From positions 3,990,001-4,022,000 of the forward strand of contig NZ_CP074694.1 of the NCBI RefSeq assembly GCF_018398935.1: a stretch of DNA of 32,000 nucleotides, given 5' to 3'. Origin of the DNA: Telmatocola sphagniphila (lineage in GTDB: Bacteria; Planctomycetota; Planctomycetia; Gemmatales; Gemmataceae). Below the pieces are notes generated by a model. The model was not told the origin of the DNA, made no database searches, and saw only the letters and a program-made list of their open reading frames with translations. The position numbers and the translations under genes are program-made. This document shows positions 1-8,697 of this stretch, in pieces. Each line of letters begins with the position of its first letter. Within the stretch, counting starts at the first letter, position 1.

Positions 1-1295
1 GTGCATTCTCCAAAAAAATTACATCAACCGATTGGTCAGCGAACGGAAGTTTCTCTCCTTTACCAGGAACGCGATTTGGAATCGGACGTCCCCAGCCGCC
101 AGTCGTCGTAGTAGTTTCGCTAGGATTCACATTGATCGCGCCAGGATTGCGACCCTCGCCACCAATATCTATCTTTACAATTTTCTCGCCAGGTAATGGC
201 GATTTGATTTTTCGATTATGTACCCAGACTGCAAAATTCCAATCCGAGCCGCCAACAAAGTAAGTATGGTATTGATCAACCATTATATTGTATACTTTTT
301 CAATTCGATTTATATCTTGAACCAAATTGACTGATAAATAATCTCCATTCATCGAGAGCAGTTCATCATTTACTTTTAGTTCGCTTGCAGGCACCCAGCC
401 TCTAACAGGTACATAAAATGGGTGCTCTCCGGTAGTCAATATCTCTCGCCCTTCAACAATTAGCTTTAATATTCGTGACTCATGAATCAAAGTTTTAAGG
501 ACCATTTTCGGTGCAATCATTCCCGTGCAGTTAAATTCGTCGCGTGAAAGAACAAAATCGCCAACTTTAATGTTTTCTATATATTTATAGCCTTCTTTTG
601 TTAAAACTGGTGTTCTTTCCGCAAAACAAGCTTTTGTGCCCCATTTTAAGACATACTCTGCCGCTTTACCAAGATATTTCAGAACTTTTGCTGGAGTCAA
701 TTCCACTATGGTTTGGGCTGTTTTTCCGACTCCGCGCCAATAATTGTGATTCCAGAAGGCATCTATTGCCTCGCCTGCGGTTCCAATCGGGGTCAGACCA
801 ATAATAAATTTTCCAACGTCTTCGCTAGTCACTTCATCCTTTGGTCGAGGATATTCATATCCTCTTTTAACATCCTGAGGATTCACAACACGAATTGTTG
901 GAGGTGTTTGAGGCGTACGTGCATCATTATGAATAATATTCTGCTGGCGTGGAACTTCTACTCCTTCAGGTTTTAGACTCTCGATGACTTCTGGATCATA
1001 AATAGTTCCTCGACGATTTGGCAGAATTCGTACTGAATCTTTATAAGGGCCGTCTAAAATCAAGCCTGGTGTTCCACCTGGTAGCGTAAATGGTTGCTTC
1101 TGCCCTGGGGGTGGAGGGTCCGCCCAAAGACCACTTGGATCAATAGTATTGGTGACATCATTCCCCACATACCTCCTAATATTAGCATCCCCACCGGCAA
1201 ACCCGATCGGATCTTCGGACATCCACTGTCCGAGTTGGGGGTTGTAAGTTCGCCATTCCGCAAAATCCAAACCGTTCGATTGATCACTTCTTAAA
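1..1295 (-). pseudogene. 5'-truncated (orphan) polymorphic-toxin module: RHS-core tail, Hint (intein-like) domain and a C-terminal effector domain; the 3' end runs off the window
   Basis: The minus-strand frame is open from 1295 to base 1. It is absent from the ORF track because it has no start codon. The translation reads NGLDFAEWRTYNPQLGQWMSEDPIGFAGGDANIRRYVGNDVTNTIDPSGL (canonical end of the RHS-repeat-associated core). It continues CFAERTPVLTKEGYKYIENIKVGDFV...GEHPFYVPVRGWVPASEL...VYNIMVDQYHTYFVGGSDWNFAVWVHN (Hint domain), then ...KIDIGGEGRNPGAINVNP...LPFADQSVDVIFLENA. No RHS repeats lie upstream. Coding similarity stops exactly where the repeat element begins at 1296. Confidence 0.8.
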
Positions 1296-1432
1296 CCGGC
1301 GGGGTGGCACTGGTAAGCAAACCAAATCGACGCAAGTCGTTATTGAGTAACAGTTTGTGTGGCACTGGTTACTTGCTGTTTTTTTTATTGATCTTTGCGA
1401 ATTGTAGGACTCAATCCTCGTCCAATTTCCGG
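1296..1432. repeat. Left arm (137 bp) of copy A of the 475-bp hairpin-rich element, separated from its right arm by the group II intron
   Basis: Near-identical to 10618-10754 of the intact copy. It starts CCGGCGGGGTGGCACTGGTAA and contains a second GTGGCACTGG at 1359-1368. Confidence 0.85.
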
Positions 1433-1471
1433 ATAGGGCTAGGAGGAGTATAGGGCTCCCCCTTCCCTCCA

Positions 1472-1503
1472 AACCGGACGGGCGGATCTCCCGCATCCGG
1501 CTT
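1472..1503 (-). ncRNA. Group II intron domain V (catalytic hairpin)
   Basis: The minus strand reads AAGCCGGAUGCGGGAGAUCCGCCCGUCCGGUUU. It has an AGC triad at the 5' base of the stem, a GAGA (GNRA) tetraloop, and a 2-nt bulge on the 3' strand. It is followed by a domain VI-like stem AGGGGGAG/CUCCUCCU and the 3' end. Confidence 0.75.
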
Positions 1504-1517
1504 TCCGGTCAGTGGTC

Positions 1518-2885
1518 TTACCCTTTGAGGGATTGAGCTTCCAGACAGTGCGCCTGTTCCAGGGAGAACAGTCCCGCCTCGGCAAAGTAAGCTTTGGGCC
1601 ACTTGAAGTTGTCCATCATTCGGCTTCGACAATCGTGACCCAGACGACGACGCAGTATGCACCGCAGCCGCATTCGAGTCCATTTATCCACGTCCCGAAA
1701 GATCCCCTTTTTGCTGTGCTTGAAGTATCCGTACCAGCCTCGTAGCGTTACGCTCACGTCGCGGACGATCTGCGACAGGCTATCGCCTCTTTTCCGCTTC
1801 GTTTTCGCGCGAATCGCATCCCGAAGTTTCTCCAGACTTCGCTTCCGAGGATATATCAGACGTTGTCCTTTATAAACTCCAAAGCAATAGCCTAGAAATT
1901 CGAAACTCTCGATCTGCGTGTCCACCACTCTCGTCTTTTCCGGATGCAGTTGTAGCTTGGCCGATTCGCACCAGCGGCTCAACGTCGCCAGGGCTTCTTC
2001 CGCTTCCGCTCGACTGCGGCAGACGATCACCATGTCATCCGCGTATCGCACCATCCGAAAACCTAGGGATTCCATCAAATGGTCCAAAGGATCCAGATAG
2101 GCGTTACTCAACAACGGACTCAAAACCGCTCCTTGCGGCGCTCCCGAATCTGGCTCCCAACTCCCCATCGGCGAGAATATCTCGGCTTTCAGAAATTGTT
2201 CCACCAGACCTAGTAGCGTTCCGTCCGCGATCTTCCGCTTCAGCACATCCATCAACTGATCGTGATCGATCGCGTCGAAGTAGCCCTTGATGTCGACATC
2301 CACCAGATGCGTGCCTCCTTCTTTCAGAAGTCTGTCCACCTCTCGCAAGGCATTTTTGCAGCCCCGGCCCGGACGAAAGCCGTAACTATTCGAGGCGAAA
2401 TCCTTCTCGAAAATCGGTTCCAGCACCTGACGAATCGCGCCTTGAACCACCCGGTCTCGAACCGTCGGAATTCCTAGAGGACGGCCTTCTTCACTCCCCG
2501 GCTTCGGAATTACCGCTCGCCGGATCGCCGAAGGACGGTAGGTTCCGTCCCGTAAAGTCCGCTCCAAAGCTTCCAGGTTCTCGTCCAAATGATTGGCAAA
2601 CGCTTCGACACTCACATGATCCACGCCCGCTGAGCCCCCATTCGCCACGACTTTCGCCGATGACGACTTCAGGTTACTCTTCTTGCACACCTTGTCCATC
2701 AAGCTAAACCAGACGCCTCCTTTAACGCCCTCTTCGAGCGCGCTCAACATCCGATCGGTCCATACCGCAGGTTCCGTCCACGACCATTGCTCTCGGACCC
2801 TACTAACGGTACCCGAGAGTGGGTCGGTTTCTTCTCCGCCTTGTTTAGCCACTGGCACTGACGGCGGTTTCTCTTTCCTGCCCAT
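1518..2885 (-). CDS. Group II intron reverse transcriptase/maturase (about 455 aa from the ATG at 2885; the ORF track extends it to 3113)
   Basis: RT motifs are present: GGVWFSLMDKV...NGGSAGVDHVS, RRAVIPKPGSEEGRPLGIPTVRDRVVQ, GFRPGRGCKNA, DVDIKGYFD, GAPQGAVLSPLLSNAYL, and the catalytic VRYADDMVIV (YADD). The maturase/X region RGWYGYFKHS follows. There is no HNH/zinc-finger tail. I prefer the ATG at 2885 because GAGGAG lies 3 nt upstream. A start at 3113 would fall only 240 nt from the intron 5' end, inside ribozyme domain I. Confidence 0.9.
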   Translation of the reverse strand: MGRKEKPPSVPVAKQGGEETDPLSGTVSRVREQWSWTEPAVWTDRMLSALEEGVKGGVWFSLMDKVCKKSNLKSSSAKVVANGGSAGVDHVSVEAFANHLDENLEALERTLRDGTYRPSAIRRAVIPKPGSEEGRPLGIPTVRDRVVQGAIRQVLEPIFEKDFASNSYGFRPGRGCKNALREVDRLLKEGGTHLVDVDIKGYFDAIDHDQLMDVLKRKIADGTLLGLVEQFLKAEIFSPMGSWEPDSGAPQGAVLSPLLSNAYLDPLDHLMESLGFRMVRYADDMVIVCRSRAEAEEALATLSRWCESAKLQLHPEKTRVVDTQIESFEFLGYCFGVYKGQRLIYPRKRSLEKLRDAIRAKTKRKRGDSLSQIVRDVSVTLRGWYGYFKHSKKGIFRDVDKWTRMRLRCILRRRLGHDCRSRMMDNFKWPKAYFAEAGLFSLEQAHCLEAQSLKG

Positions 2886-3353
2886 AAACTCCTCGAAATC
2901 CACCTTCCTACGTCCCTTCGCTCCGTCGGCATTACCCGATTTCCACGCTACTATGGACGCTCTGACTTCCGACGCACAAGGCAATCGCCTTCCCCGGTGC
3001 CTCGGATATCCCCGCTTACATTCGATACCTTTCGCACTCCTTCCGCCTCCAACCACATCGGATACCTCCCTCGACTCGCTTGGGGCTTTATCTCGGGATA
3101 ATGCCGTCACCATAAGTTCTCCAACCGCTGGCGGACCTCTCGGTCAGTCCGGCTTTGCTAGCTTCGCCCTTAGCCACGCAGGCTCGCCGGTATCCGCTGC
3201 CGAAACGAGTTCACTTTATTGCGGACGAGATGCTCCCCTCGGGTTGCTCCCCACCCCGCCTCGCAGCGACGCAGTTACCTTCGGGTACAAAAGGCCAAGC
3301 CTCCTTTCGACAGGGAATCTCACCCTGCTAGTATCGAATAGTCACGGGCGCAC

Positions 3354-3691
3354 GTGGCACTGGCTATCTGCCAATGCGTGGGAGAAAAAAGTGCCAGAGA
3401 ATTGTCACCCTCTCAGGCACAAATTCGAGCAGAAAGAACGCTTTATTGCAGAAACGCACTCGCAGATGGCCAGTGCCACTCAAACCGTTACTGGATAACG
3501 ATATGCGCTGATTAAGAATGCTTGCCAGTGCCCCCCGCCGGGGCATGAATTCCTTCTGGGTTGAAATAGGGTGATTTGTTGTTGTAGGATGGGTGAGTTC
3601 TAAATGGCACTGTCAGATAGACAGTGCCACCCAAGTCTAGATTTTACATCGACTTGCGTTTATTGAGATGGGGTGCCAGTGTCACCCGTCG
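3354..3691. repeat. Right arm (338 bp) of copy A of the 475-bp element
   Basis: Near-identical to 10755-11092 and 5920-6257. It contains the hairpins CACTGGC-N5-GCCA(A/G)TG and GGCACTGTC-agata-GACAGTGCC. It ends GGGGTGCCAGTGTCACCCGTCG at 3691, about 90 bp upstream of the next gene. Confidence 0.85.
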
Positions 3692-3780
3692 CTTACTGAC
3701 GTGAAAGCACAGACAGACTTTGTCTTCCAGATCCATAACTTTATCCTATCTAATTTTCCACTCCCATTGGGACTCCTCCC

Positions 3781-4782
3781 ATGCGTGCTGCTTCTCTCTC
3801 GTTTCTGTTGCTGGCCGCGTTTCCGCTCTACTCTCAAGAGATTGTTGTCGGCGAGGGCAAACTCGAATTCAAATCGGGCGGCGAACTGGTCACCAGCTAT
3901 TACCATGGTAAGGAAGTCGCCAAACCTTACTGGTGGCCGTTGAATGCGCCGGGGGAAATTATGGTGACGCGAGGCTATCCCATCGTGAAGGATCTTCCCA
4001 AGGAAACCAGCAAGGATCACCCACACCACAAGTCGGGCTGGTTCTGCCACGGTGATGTCATTCCGGAAGGTTTGACGATCAAAACTAAAACGGCCGATCC
4101 GCACGTCAAAGGGGTCGACTTCTGGAGCGAGCTGCCCGGCCACGGCGTGATCCGCTGCACCAAAGTCGGTGAGATCACCAAGAAGCCGCACGAAGCAAGC
4201 GTGGTGACTTATAACGATTGGAACTCGGCCGACGGCGTCAAAGTTCTCGAAGAAGTTCGGACGATTACCCTCGTCGATTTGAATATGACCGGCCGGCTGA
4301 TCATTATGGATTCGGAACTGATCGCCAGCCAGTGCCCGATCACTTTCGGCGATACCAAGGAAGGTTCCTTCGGGGTGAGGATCAGCGATCAGATACGGGA
4401 AGTGATCGATGAGAAGAAAAAGATTCATGGCGGCACTCTGACTCAGGCGGACGGCAAAACGCTGGAGAAAAATGTCTGGGGTCAAGTCTCCCACTGGTGC
4501 GACTACTCGGGCAAGCAGGACGGGAAAGAGGCCGGGCTGACGATCTTTGCAAGTCCCAAGAACACGATTCCGACGGCCTGGCACTCTCGGGCTTACGGTT
4601 TAATGGCGGCCAATCCTTTCGGTCGCGAGGTGTCCGGCTTCCCATCGCAGAAGGGGAAGAAGGATCTGGTGAAGATTGCCCGGGGCGACAAATTGAAACT
4701 CACTTATGCGATCTACCTGCATACGGGAGATGTGAAGTCGGGTCAGGTGGCCGAGGCCTACGAGAAATTTGTCGGGCGTTAG
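3781..4782 (+). CDS. Secreted PmoA-like / DUF6807 family protein
   Basis: 333-aa ORF with an N-terminal signal peptide (MRAASLSFLLLAAFPLYSQE). Motifs typical of the PmoA (PF14100/DUF6807) family, from memory: KPYWWPL, DHPHHKSGWFCHGDV, VDFW, GDTKEGSFGVRISD, WHSRAYGLMAANPFG. Confidence 0.65.
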   Translation: MRAASLSFLLLAAFPLYSQEIVVGEGKLEFKSGGELVTSYYHGKEVAKPYWWPLNAPGEIMVTRGYPIVKDLPKETSKDHPHHKSGWFCHGDVIPEGLTIKTKTADPHVKGVDFWSELPGHGVIRCTKVGEITKKPHEASVVTYNDWNSADGVKVLEEVRTITLVDLNMTGRLIIMDSELIASQCPITFGDTKEGSFGVRISDQIREVIDEKKKIHGGTLTQADGKTLEKNVWGQVSHWCDYSGKQDGKEAGLTIFASPKNTIPTAWHSRAYGLMAANPFGREVSGFPSQKGKKDLVKIARGDKLKLTYAIYLHTGDVKSGQVAEAYEKFVGR

Positions 4783-5026
4783 CCGCTCGCTTGTCCGGGA
4801 CTTCCCTAGAGAGGTCATCAGATCATCATTTTTCACATGGTGGGAAACGCAATTTTGATGACCTTAGACTATTTCTCGGGAAATATCGCGTTTTTACCAT
4901 TGGTGTGATGAGACCGCCGAGAGTCTCATTCAACCACTCCATAGTACCAAATTTAAGCGGGAAACGCAATAAAAGTTGAGGGTGGACGTAGGATGCGATA
5001 CTGTAGTGCGGGCACTTATTTTGAAT

Positions 5027-5342
5027 ACGCACTGGCAGGTAGCCAGTGCCACACAGAACATTACCTGACAATGACTTACGGTGATTCTAAAGGGTTACCA
5101 GTGCCACCCGCCGCAGATGGGCAGTGCCACTCAAACCGTTACTGGATAACGACATGCGCTGATTAAGAATGCTTGCCAGTGCCACCCGCCGGGGCATGAA
5201 TTCCTTCTGGGTTGAAATAGGGTGATTTGTTGTTGTAGGATGGGTGAGTTCTAAATGGCACTGTCAGATAGACAGTGCCACCCAAGTCTAGATTTTACAT
5301 CGACTTGCGTTTATTGAGATGGGGTGCCAGTGTCACCCGTCG
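5027..5342. repeat. Copy B: mosaic part-copy of the element (a diverged, inverted left-arm unit fused to the last 231 bp of the right arm)
   Basis: 5027-5113 is a diverged reverse-complement version of the left arm (ACGCACTGGCAGGTAGCCAGTGCCACACAGAAC...TTACCAGTGCCACCCGCCG). 5112-5342 matches 3461-3691 and 10862-11092 and ends with the same ...GTCACCCGTCG terminus. Confidence 0.75.
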
Positions 5343-5919
5343 TCCACGACCATTGCTCTCGGACCCTACTAACGGTACCCGAGAGTGGGTCGGTTTCTTC
5401 TCCGCCTTGTTTAGCCACTGGCACTGACGGCGGTTTCTCTTTCCTGCCCATAAACTCCTCGAAATCCACCTTCCTACGTCCCTTCGCTCCGTCGGCATTA
5501 CCCGATTTCCACGCTACTATGGACGCTCTGACTTCCGACGCACAAGGCAATCGCCTTCCCCGGTGCCTCGGATATCCCCGCTTACATTCGATACCTTTCG
5601 CACTCCTTCCGCCTCCAACCACATCGGATACCTCCCTCGACTCGCTTGGGGCTTTATCTCGGGATAATGCCGTCACCATAAGTTCTCCAACCGCTGGCGG
5701 ACCTCTCGGTCAGTCCGGCTTTGCTAGCTTCGCCCTTAGCCACGCAGGCTCGCCGGTATCCGCTGCCGAAACGAGTTCACTTTATTGCGGACGAGATGCT
5801 CCCCTCGGGTTGCTCCCCACCCCGCCTCGCAGCGACGCAGTTACCTTCGGGTACAAAAGGCCAAGCCTCCTTTCGACAGGGAATCTCACCCTGCTAGTAT
5901 CGAATAGTCACGGGCGCAC
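5343..5919 (-). pseudogene. 3'-truncated group II intron copy (the 5' 577 nt only: ribozyme domains I-III and the first 37 RT codons)
   Basis: Appears identical to 2777-3353 (offset 2566). The 5' GTGCG end at 5919 abuts GTGGCACTGG exactly as at 3353/3354. At 5341-5343 it is joined to the right terminus of element copy B, and 2 nt (CG) are ambiguous at the junction. Confidence 0.9.
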
Positions 5920-6257
5920 GTGGCACTGGCTAACTGCCAGTGCGTGGGAGAAAAAAGTGCCAGAGAATTGTCACCCTCTCAGGCACAAATTCGAGCAGAA
6001 AGAACGCTTTATTGCAGAAACGCACTCGCAGATGGCCAGTGCCACTCAAACCGTTACTGGATAACGACATGCGCTGATTAAGAATGCTTGCCATTGCCAC
6101 CCGCCGGGGCATGAATTCCTTCTGGGTTGAAATAGGGTGATTTGTTGTTGTAGGATGGGTGAGTTCTAAATGGCACTGTCAGATAGACAGTGCCACCCAA
6201 GTCTAGATTTTACATCGACTTGCGTTTATTGAGATGGGGTGCCAGTGTCACCCGTCG
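5920..6257. repeat. Copy C: right arm (338 bp) of the element, attached to the truncated intron
   Basis: Same length and near-identical sequence as 3354-3691. It ends ...GTCACCCGTCG at 6257 and is followed by an unrelated flank (ACCTCGAGTTG). Confidence 0.85.
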
Positions 6258-6689
6258 ACCTCGAGTTGTAACTTTTGACATATCTTCGTAATAGCGATCT
6301 TTACAAGCCTCCTCAGGTGGGAAATCTTTCAGAAGGAAGAAATCATCACAGAACCAGAGGAATTCTTCGTCCATCCCAGGTATTATTGATCCAAGAAATG
6401 TTATAAGAAACGTATTTGTGACTGGTGATTTAAAACCCAAAGGACTTGCCATATACTCATGAGGCACATGCTCGATGATCGATTTGTTGCACGAAAGAAA
6501 TGTTGGCTTATCTCCGAAGACCCAAACCTTACGAATGAAAGGAATATGAGTTTGGAGGCTTCGGAGGGAGTACTGAATCTCAAAGTTATCAAAAGTAGAG
6601 TTTTTGAGAATGTAGAGTGCATCCGTATCGCTAATATCCCAAGAACTGGTTATGAAGGAATACTCCGAATTCTTTTCGATCTTTAAATT
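6258..6689 (-). pseudogene. AT-rich hypothetical ORF, 3'-truncated by element copy C (possible second immunity-type gene of the upstream toxin cassette)
   Basis: One minus-strand frame is open from 6689 to the element boundary: NLKIEKNSEYSFITSSWDISDTDALYILKNSTFDNFEIQYSLRSLQTHIPFIRKVWVFGDKPTFLSCNKSIIEHVPHEYMASPLGF...YYEDMSKVTTRG. The reading frame then runs into repeat sequence. There is no ATG near the 5' end, and the track starts at a GTG at 6467. I recognise no family. Confidence 0.4.
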
Positions 6690-6977
6690 TCACATATCAA
6701 CTCGCAAGAAGAATTGACAAGAGATTAACGACCAAATCCGTTTGCAATGTGATCGATTGTCTGTAAGCTCTAATAGAACCCTCGTTTTTGGCGTTATTCG
6801 ATCGGCAATTTAAGGCATCGATAGAGTCTCTTAGATAGAATTCAAGGCACATGTGTGAGTGTGTGTGCGTTGACGATGAAGAGACAAAGCCTTAGAGGCC
6901 CTAACAAAACCACAATTTGTCCATTGAATACTGCTATAAAAAGAGATTTTGTTAGGGCTTCTTAGAAACAATTTCTG

Positions 6978-7451
6978 CTAATTTAGTTTGGCTAATATTT
7001 CCACCAATTTACTTTGAACGAGATCTTTCATTTGAGGTGATGATGCAACTTTCATGAAGGCTGATTCGAAGGAGCCATCTGAGAAGCCGTCTTGATATGA
7101 TGCCACGTCCTCTGATGAAATTACGCCATCTTTTTCATATTTGTACGATAGAACGAGAGAAGGGTATAAATCATTATTGTTATCAGATTCAAATGAATTA
7201 TAATGCTCAACAAATCCAGCAGTAGCATAACAAGAATATTCAGCCACTGCTACTAATCCTGAAATCAGCAAAGATTTATCTTCGGGATCAAATTTATTTA
7301 AATTTTGAAGCAATTTTTTCAAGTCATTGTAACGTGGATTGCGCGAATCGCCCAAATTCAAATCCCGAATTCGCCCGAGCATTCTTATAACTCCAATAAC
7401 AACGGAGTTATAATAATGGAGGGCGACATTTTCTATCATCTCCGAGTGCAT
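6978..7451 (-). CDS. Hypothetical protein; candidate immunity protein for the toxin fragment immediately upstream
   Basis: 157-aa AT-rich ORF that starts 46 bp downstream of the toxin ORF on the same strand. This is the typical toxin-then-immunity order of Rhs/polymorphic toxin loci. I recognise no motif. Confidence 0.5.
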   Translation of the reverse strand: MHSEMIENVALHYYNSVVIGVIRMLGRIRDLNLGDSRNPRYNDLKKLLQNLNKFDPEDKSLLISGLVAVAEYSCYATAGFVEHYNSFESDNNNDLYPSLVLSYKYEKDGVISSEDVASYQDGFSDGSFESAFMKVASSPQMKDLVQSKLVEILAKLN

Positions 7452-7497
7452 AATGTCACCAATACCTCATAAAATAAGAAATATTTTTCAGTTCAAT

Positions 7498-8017
7498 TTA
7501 TCCGAATTCCCACCACTTTATAAGTTGTTTCAATTCTTGCAAATATTGTTTAGGCACACCCATGTTACTCAATTGCTGCAAATGACTTTTAATATGCTGT
7601 GAAATGTTTCCAGCTTCTTTAGCAAAAAAACCACTCTCAGTTAAGTGAATAATCTCCTTATGCATCCATTCTGGTATACGAATAGCAGGCCCGTTTGCTC
7701 GCACAAAATCGGTGGCTCCGTGAGCCAATGCGACCACTGTTTGTGGAACGTGATGCCTCGCCCAGCCCGTTATCTGCTTTAATTCATTAAACGCGCCAAC
7801 CTCAAAATAATGATTATGCGCCCAAATGCACCAGCTCCAAAAATCTTCTCCAACAAAATAAGTGTGATAGTCAGCGATTCTTAAGTTATAGACCGGTTCT
7901 ACTTCTTTGTCTTCGAATAAATCTGTGATCGATAACCACTCTTTTTCGTTGCCTTGTATTCGGTCTCCGATTTTCAAATATTTAGCAGGGAGCCAACCTC
8001 TTGTGCTATCAAAAAAA
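7498..8017 (-). pseudogene. 5'-truncated polymorphic-toxin C-terminal cassette (C-terminal half of a Hint domain plus an uncharacterised effector domain)
   Basis: The frame is open up to 8017. The translation ...FFDSTRGWLPAKYLKIGDRIQGNEKEWLSITD...VYNLRIADYHTYFVGEDFWSWCIWAHN parallels the Hint segment HPFYVPVRGWVPASELKVND...VYNIMVDQYHTYFVG...VWVHN of the gene at 1-1295. About 95 aa of unknown domain follow. It is cut inside the Hint domain by the IS end TGTACCCC at 8018. Confidence 0.75.
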
Positions 8018-8697
8018 TGTACCCCTCACGTAATATTTGCCGTTTTTTGCGATTTAATTCCTAGAGGAATTGGCCCTCTCTTGAACAAAAGATCGCCGTG
8101 ATCGACGAGAGCACGGCGTAAAGCAATTCGATCCATACGGCGAGATTCCTGCTCGAGCAACACTCCCGAAGGAGATATTCCTTCCTCCTTCATAGCTCGG
8201 TTCCGATGGATTTCAACAAGCTCTCGGAACTGATCGCGAGATTCTGTCGCGACTCTCTCCCGACTTTTCCAAAGCGTCTCGGGAGTAGGACCCAGACCTC
8301 CTCTCGGTCGAGCCAAGGCATTGGCTTCCCGTCGAGCCGCCTCCACATCCTCAGCGTTCCACACTTCCGGATGGCCTTCCCAGGCAGCTCTACGTTCGAT
8401 TCGACTTTTCAAAGATCCTATGCCCGCTTCGATCGCACCGTTATATTGTGGCCTCCTCGGCGGAGAGTACAAGCCGAACACGCCTTCTCGCTGCAAATAT
8501 TCTTGGACCACTTCGGCAATAAACGGCGAACGGCAGCGCCTCGTGCCGGACTACGCCGGCCCATCGCAACACCCCGGTCTCGGTCATCAGACCGCTCCAA
8601 AATTCCCCGGTATTCGGCAAAACACCCTTCAAAATGCCAAAATCCCTACAGCTTTAATTCGGCTACAAATGCGACCAGAATTCGGTTCGGGACAACT
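8018..8697 (-). mobile_element. 680-bp internally deleted remnant of an rve (DDE integrase-core) IS, copy 1
   Basis: About 96-97% identical by eye to 12653-13332. The termini are TGTACCCCTCACG... and ...CGGTTCGGGACA (TG...CA ends). It encodes only the C-terminal part of a transposase. Confidence 0.7.
8026..8511 (-). pseudogene. C-terminal fragment of an rve-domain transposase
   Basis: FIAEVVQEYLQREGVFGLYSPPRRPQYNGAIEAGIGSLKSRIERR matches the end of the integrase core (..P..PqtNGk.Er...lK), which contains the third acidic residue. The N-terminal HTH and the first two catalytic D residues are absent. Confidence 0.7.

Larger units (their letters stand above)
1433..3353 (-). mobile_element. Full-length bacterial group II intron (1921 nt) with an intron-encoded RT/maturase and no recognisable endonuclease domain
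   Basis: On the minus strand the element starts GTGCGCCCGTGAC (GUGYG consensus; reverse complement of 3341-3353) and ends GCCCTAT (AY 3' end) at 1433. A domain V-like hairpin lies about 40 nt from the 3' end. The RT ORF sits internally. Comparison with the uninterrupted site at 10754/10755 defines both boundaries to the nucleotide. Confidence 0.9.

Noticed and set aside
2683-3498. 271-aa plus-strand ORF, and its twin at 5324-6064 (246 aa)
   Set aside because: They are antisense to the group II intron RT and ribozyme, and run on into the repeat element. The composition is Ser/Pro/Leu-rich and low in complexity. The opposite strand has unambiguous RT motifs.
3682-4584. 300-aa minus-strand ORF
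   Set aside because: It is fully antisense to the PmoA/DUF6807-like gene, which has a signal peptide and family motifs. It has no motifs of its own and starts inside the repeat element.
6846-6872. Imperfect (TG)n-like run CATGTGTGAGTGTGTGTGCGT in the gap between two AT-rich ORFs
   Set aside because: It is short and imperfect, occurs once, and has no associated structure. It is most likely incidental.
8575-8597. A CUGAUGA-containing hairpin (minus strand: GGTCTGATGACCGAGACC) in the IS end module, considered as a hammerhead ribozyme core
   Set aside because: There is no matching GAAA/CGAAA element and no three-stem junction nearby. It is a simple 5-bp hairpin.
8524-8600. The idea that a 76-79-nt insertion separates a DNGxEF-like motif (LPNTGEF) from FIAEVVQEYL in the transposase fragment
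   Set aside because: The frame upstream of LPNTGEF hits a stop within about 15 codons and shows no further transposase similarity. An internal deletion of the IS is the simpler explanation.
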